Made by a program: the position numbers and the translations under genes. Under the pieces are notes generated by a model. That model had not been told where the DNA came from and did no database searches. It saw only the letters and a program-made list of their open reading frames with translations. From Malacoraja senta (taxonomy: Eukaryota), in assembly GCA_038087875.1 (NCBI GenBank), contig CM075977.1, positions 54,808,001-54,872,000 of the forward strand: a stretch of 64,000 nucleotides of DNA. Reading direction: 5' to 3'. Below, piece after piece: positions 63,193-64,000 of this stretch (position 1 is its first letter; each line of letters opens with the position of its first letter).

Positions 63193-64000
63193 AGTTTTTA
63201 AAGATTTAATCTTTTATTTAAAAAAAATAACTGCTTTTCAGTGGAGACTTTTGCAGCACTTTCCATTGATGATGTCACAGTGCCATCTCACAGATGTCCC
63301 ATCACAATGGATCTCAATTACATATGACATCACAAAGGGACAGGGGTGGGAGATTGCAACCTTCATGTGTTTCCACGAATGCAACCTGGTGTGCACAATC
63401 AAATAAGATCAAATAGAACAAGTTGTCCTCCACCTCCCTCTCTATCCCCCCACCCTATCTATCCCTCCCTCTCTGCTCCCCCTTCCTCTCTACCCCCTCC
63501 CTCTCTGCCCCCCCCTCTCACTCTCTACACCCCCCCTCCCTCTCCAAGGAGTGGTGAGTATTGGGACCTATGGGTGAGTGGTGGAGTATTGCGTTCGGGG
63601 ACCAGCCCTCCCTGTGATGCCGCGTGCCCCCGATACCCCTCAATCTCGTACCCCCCTCCCCCTCCCTCTACCCTCCCTCTCAACACCCCTCACCCTCTCT
63701 ACCCCCTCCCCCTCCCCCTCCCTCTCTAACCGCGCCTGCACAGTTGGGGGCTATGCATGAGTGGATAGGGCGGGGATGCATTTTATCTTTTTATCTTAGA
63801 TTTGCAGCAACTGCAAGTTTTTTGTTTTGATTTTTCACTTCCACGACTCTAACTTTGAAGGAGAGTAGTACAACCATCCTTTTGCAGTACGACCATCCTT
63901 ACCAACACAACACCATCATCCTGGGTTCTATTTCAGTCAAAAATGTCTTCCTTTCAAGACACAAGGAACTGCAGATGCTAGTTTACAAAAAAAGACACAA

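Larger units (their letters stand above)
60351..63775 (+). mobile_element. Array of three non-autonomous Helitron units (60351-61911, 61912-62606, 62607-~63775)
   Basis: A|TCTATCTATA start; hairpins GGGACCCA-c/a-TGGGTCCC followed by CTAG at 61908-61911 and 62603-62606; both followed by TATTATACTAAAACTCTTCC. Confidence 0.75.

Noticed and set aside
25500-64000. Exons of a neighbouring host gene upstream of PPP4R1
   Set aside because: No ORF or spliceable segment resembling a cellular protein was recognised; small or non-coding exons cannot be excluded by eye.

Overview
Vertebrate genomic DNA, not prokaryotic. The repeat content (HE1-type SINEs, HER1/CR1 tails, Rex1/L2, L1) suggests a cartilaginous fish such as a skate or ray (inference). 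The only host gene is PPP4R1 (protein phosphatase 4 regulatory subunit 1) on the minus strand. Coding exons 1-8 run from ATG 25075 down to 740 with GT-AG introns and consistent phases, and the gene continues beyond base 1. A CpG-island promoter lies at about 24.3-25.2 kb. The ~38 kb upstream is a nest of transposons: a Ty3/Gypsy provirus, a Rex1/L2-type LINE, a hAT element, an RTE derivative, a near-full-length L1 split by a young CR1, a near-full-length CR1, a Tx1-like fragment, a 5'-inverted L1 and non-autonomous Helitrons. The most interesting signals are (1) many ~200-bp palindromic elements carrying Penelope-type minimal hammerhead-ribozyme cores, one with a clear TSD and one in the PPP4R1 promoter; (2) a nested or tandem Helitron array with interchangeable minisatellite cargo; (3) a twin-priming-type 5'-inverted L1; and (4) a HERO-like RLE retroelement in an intron. 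All calls come from reading the sequence; no searches were run.
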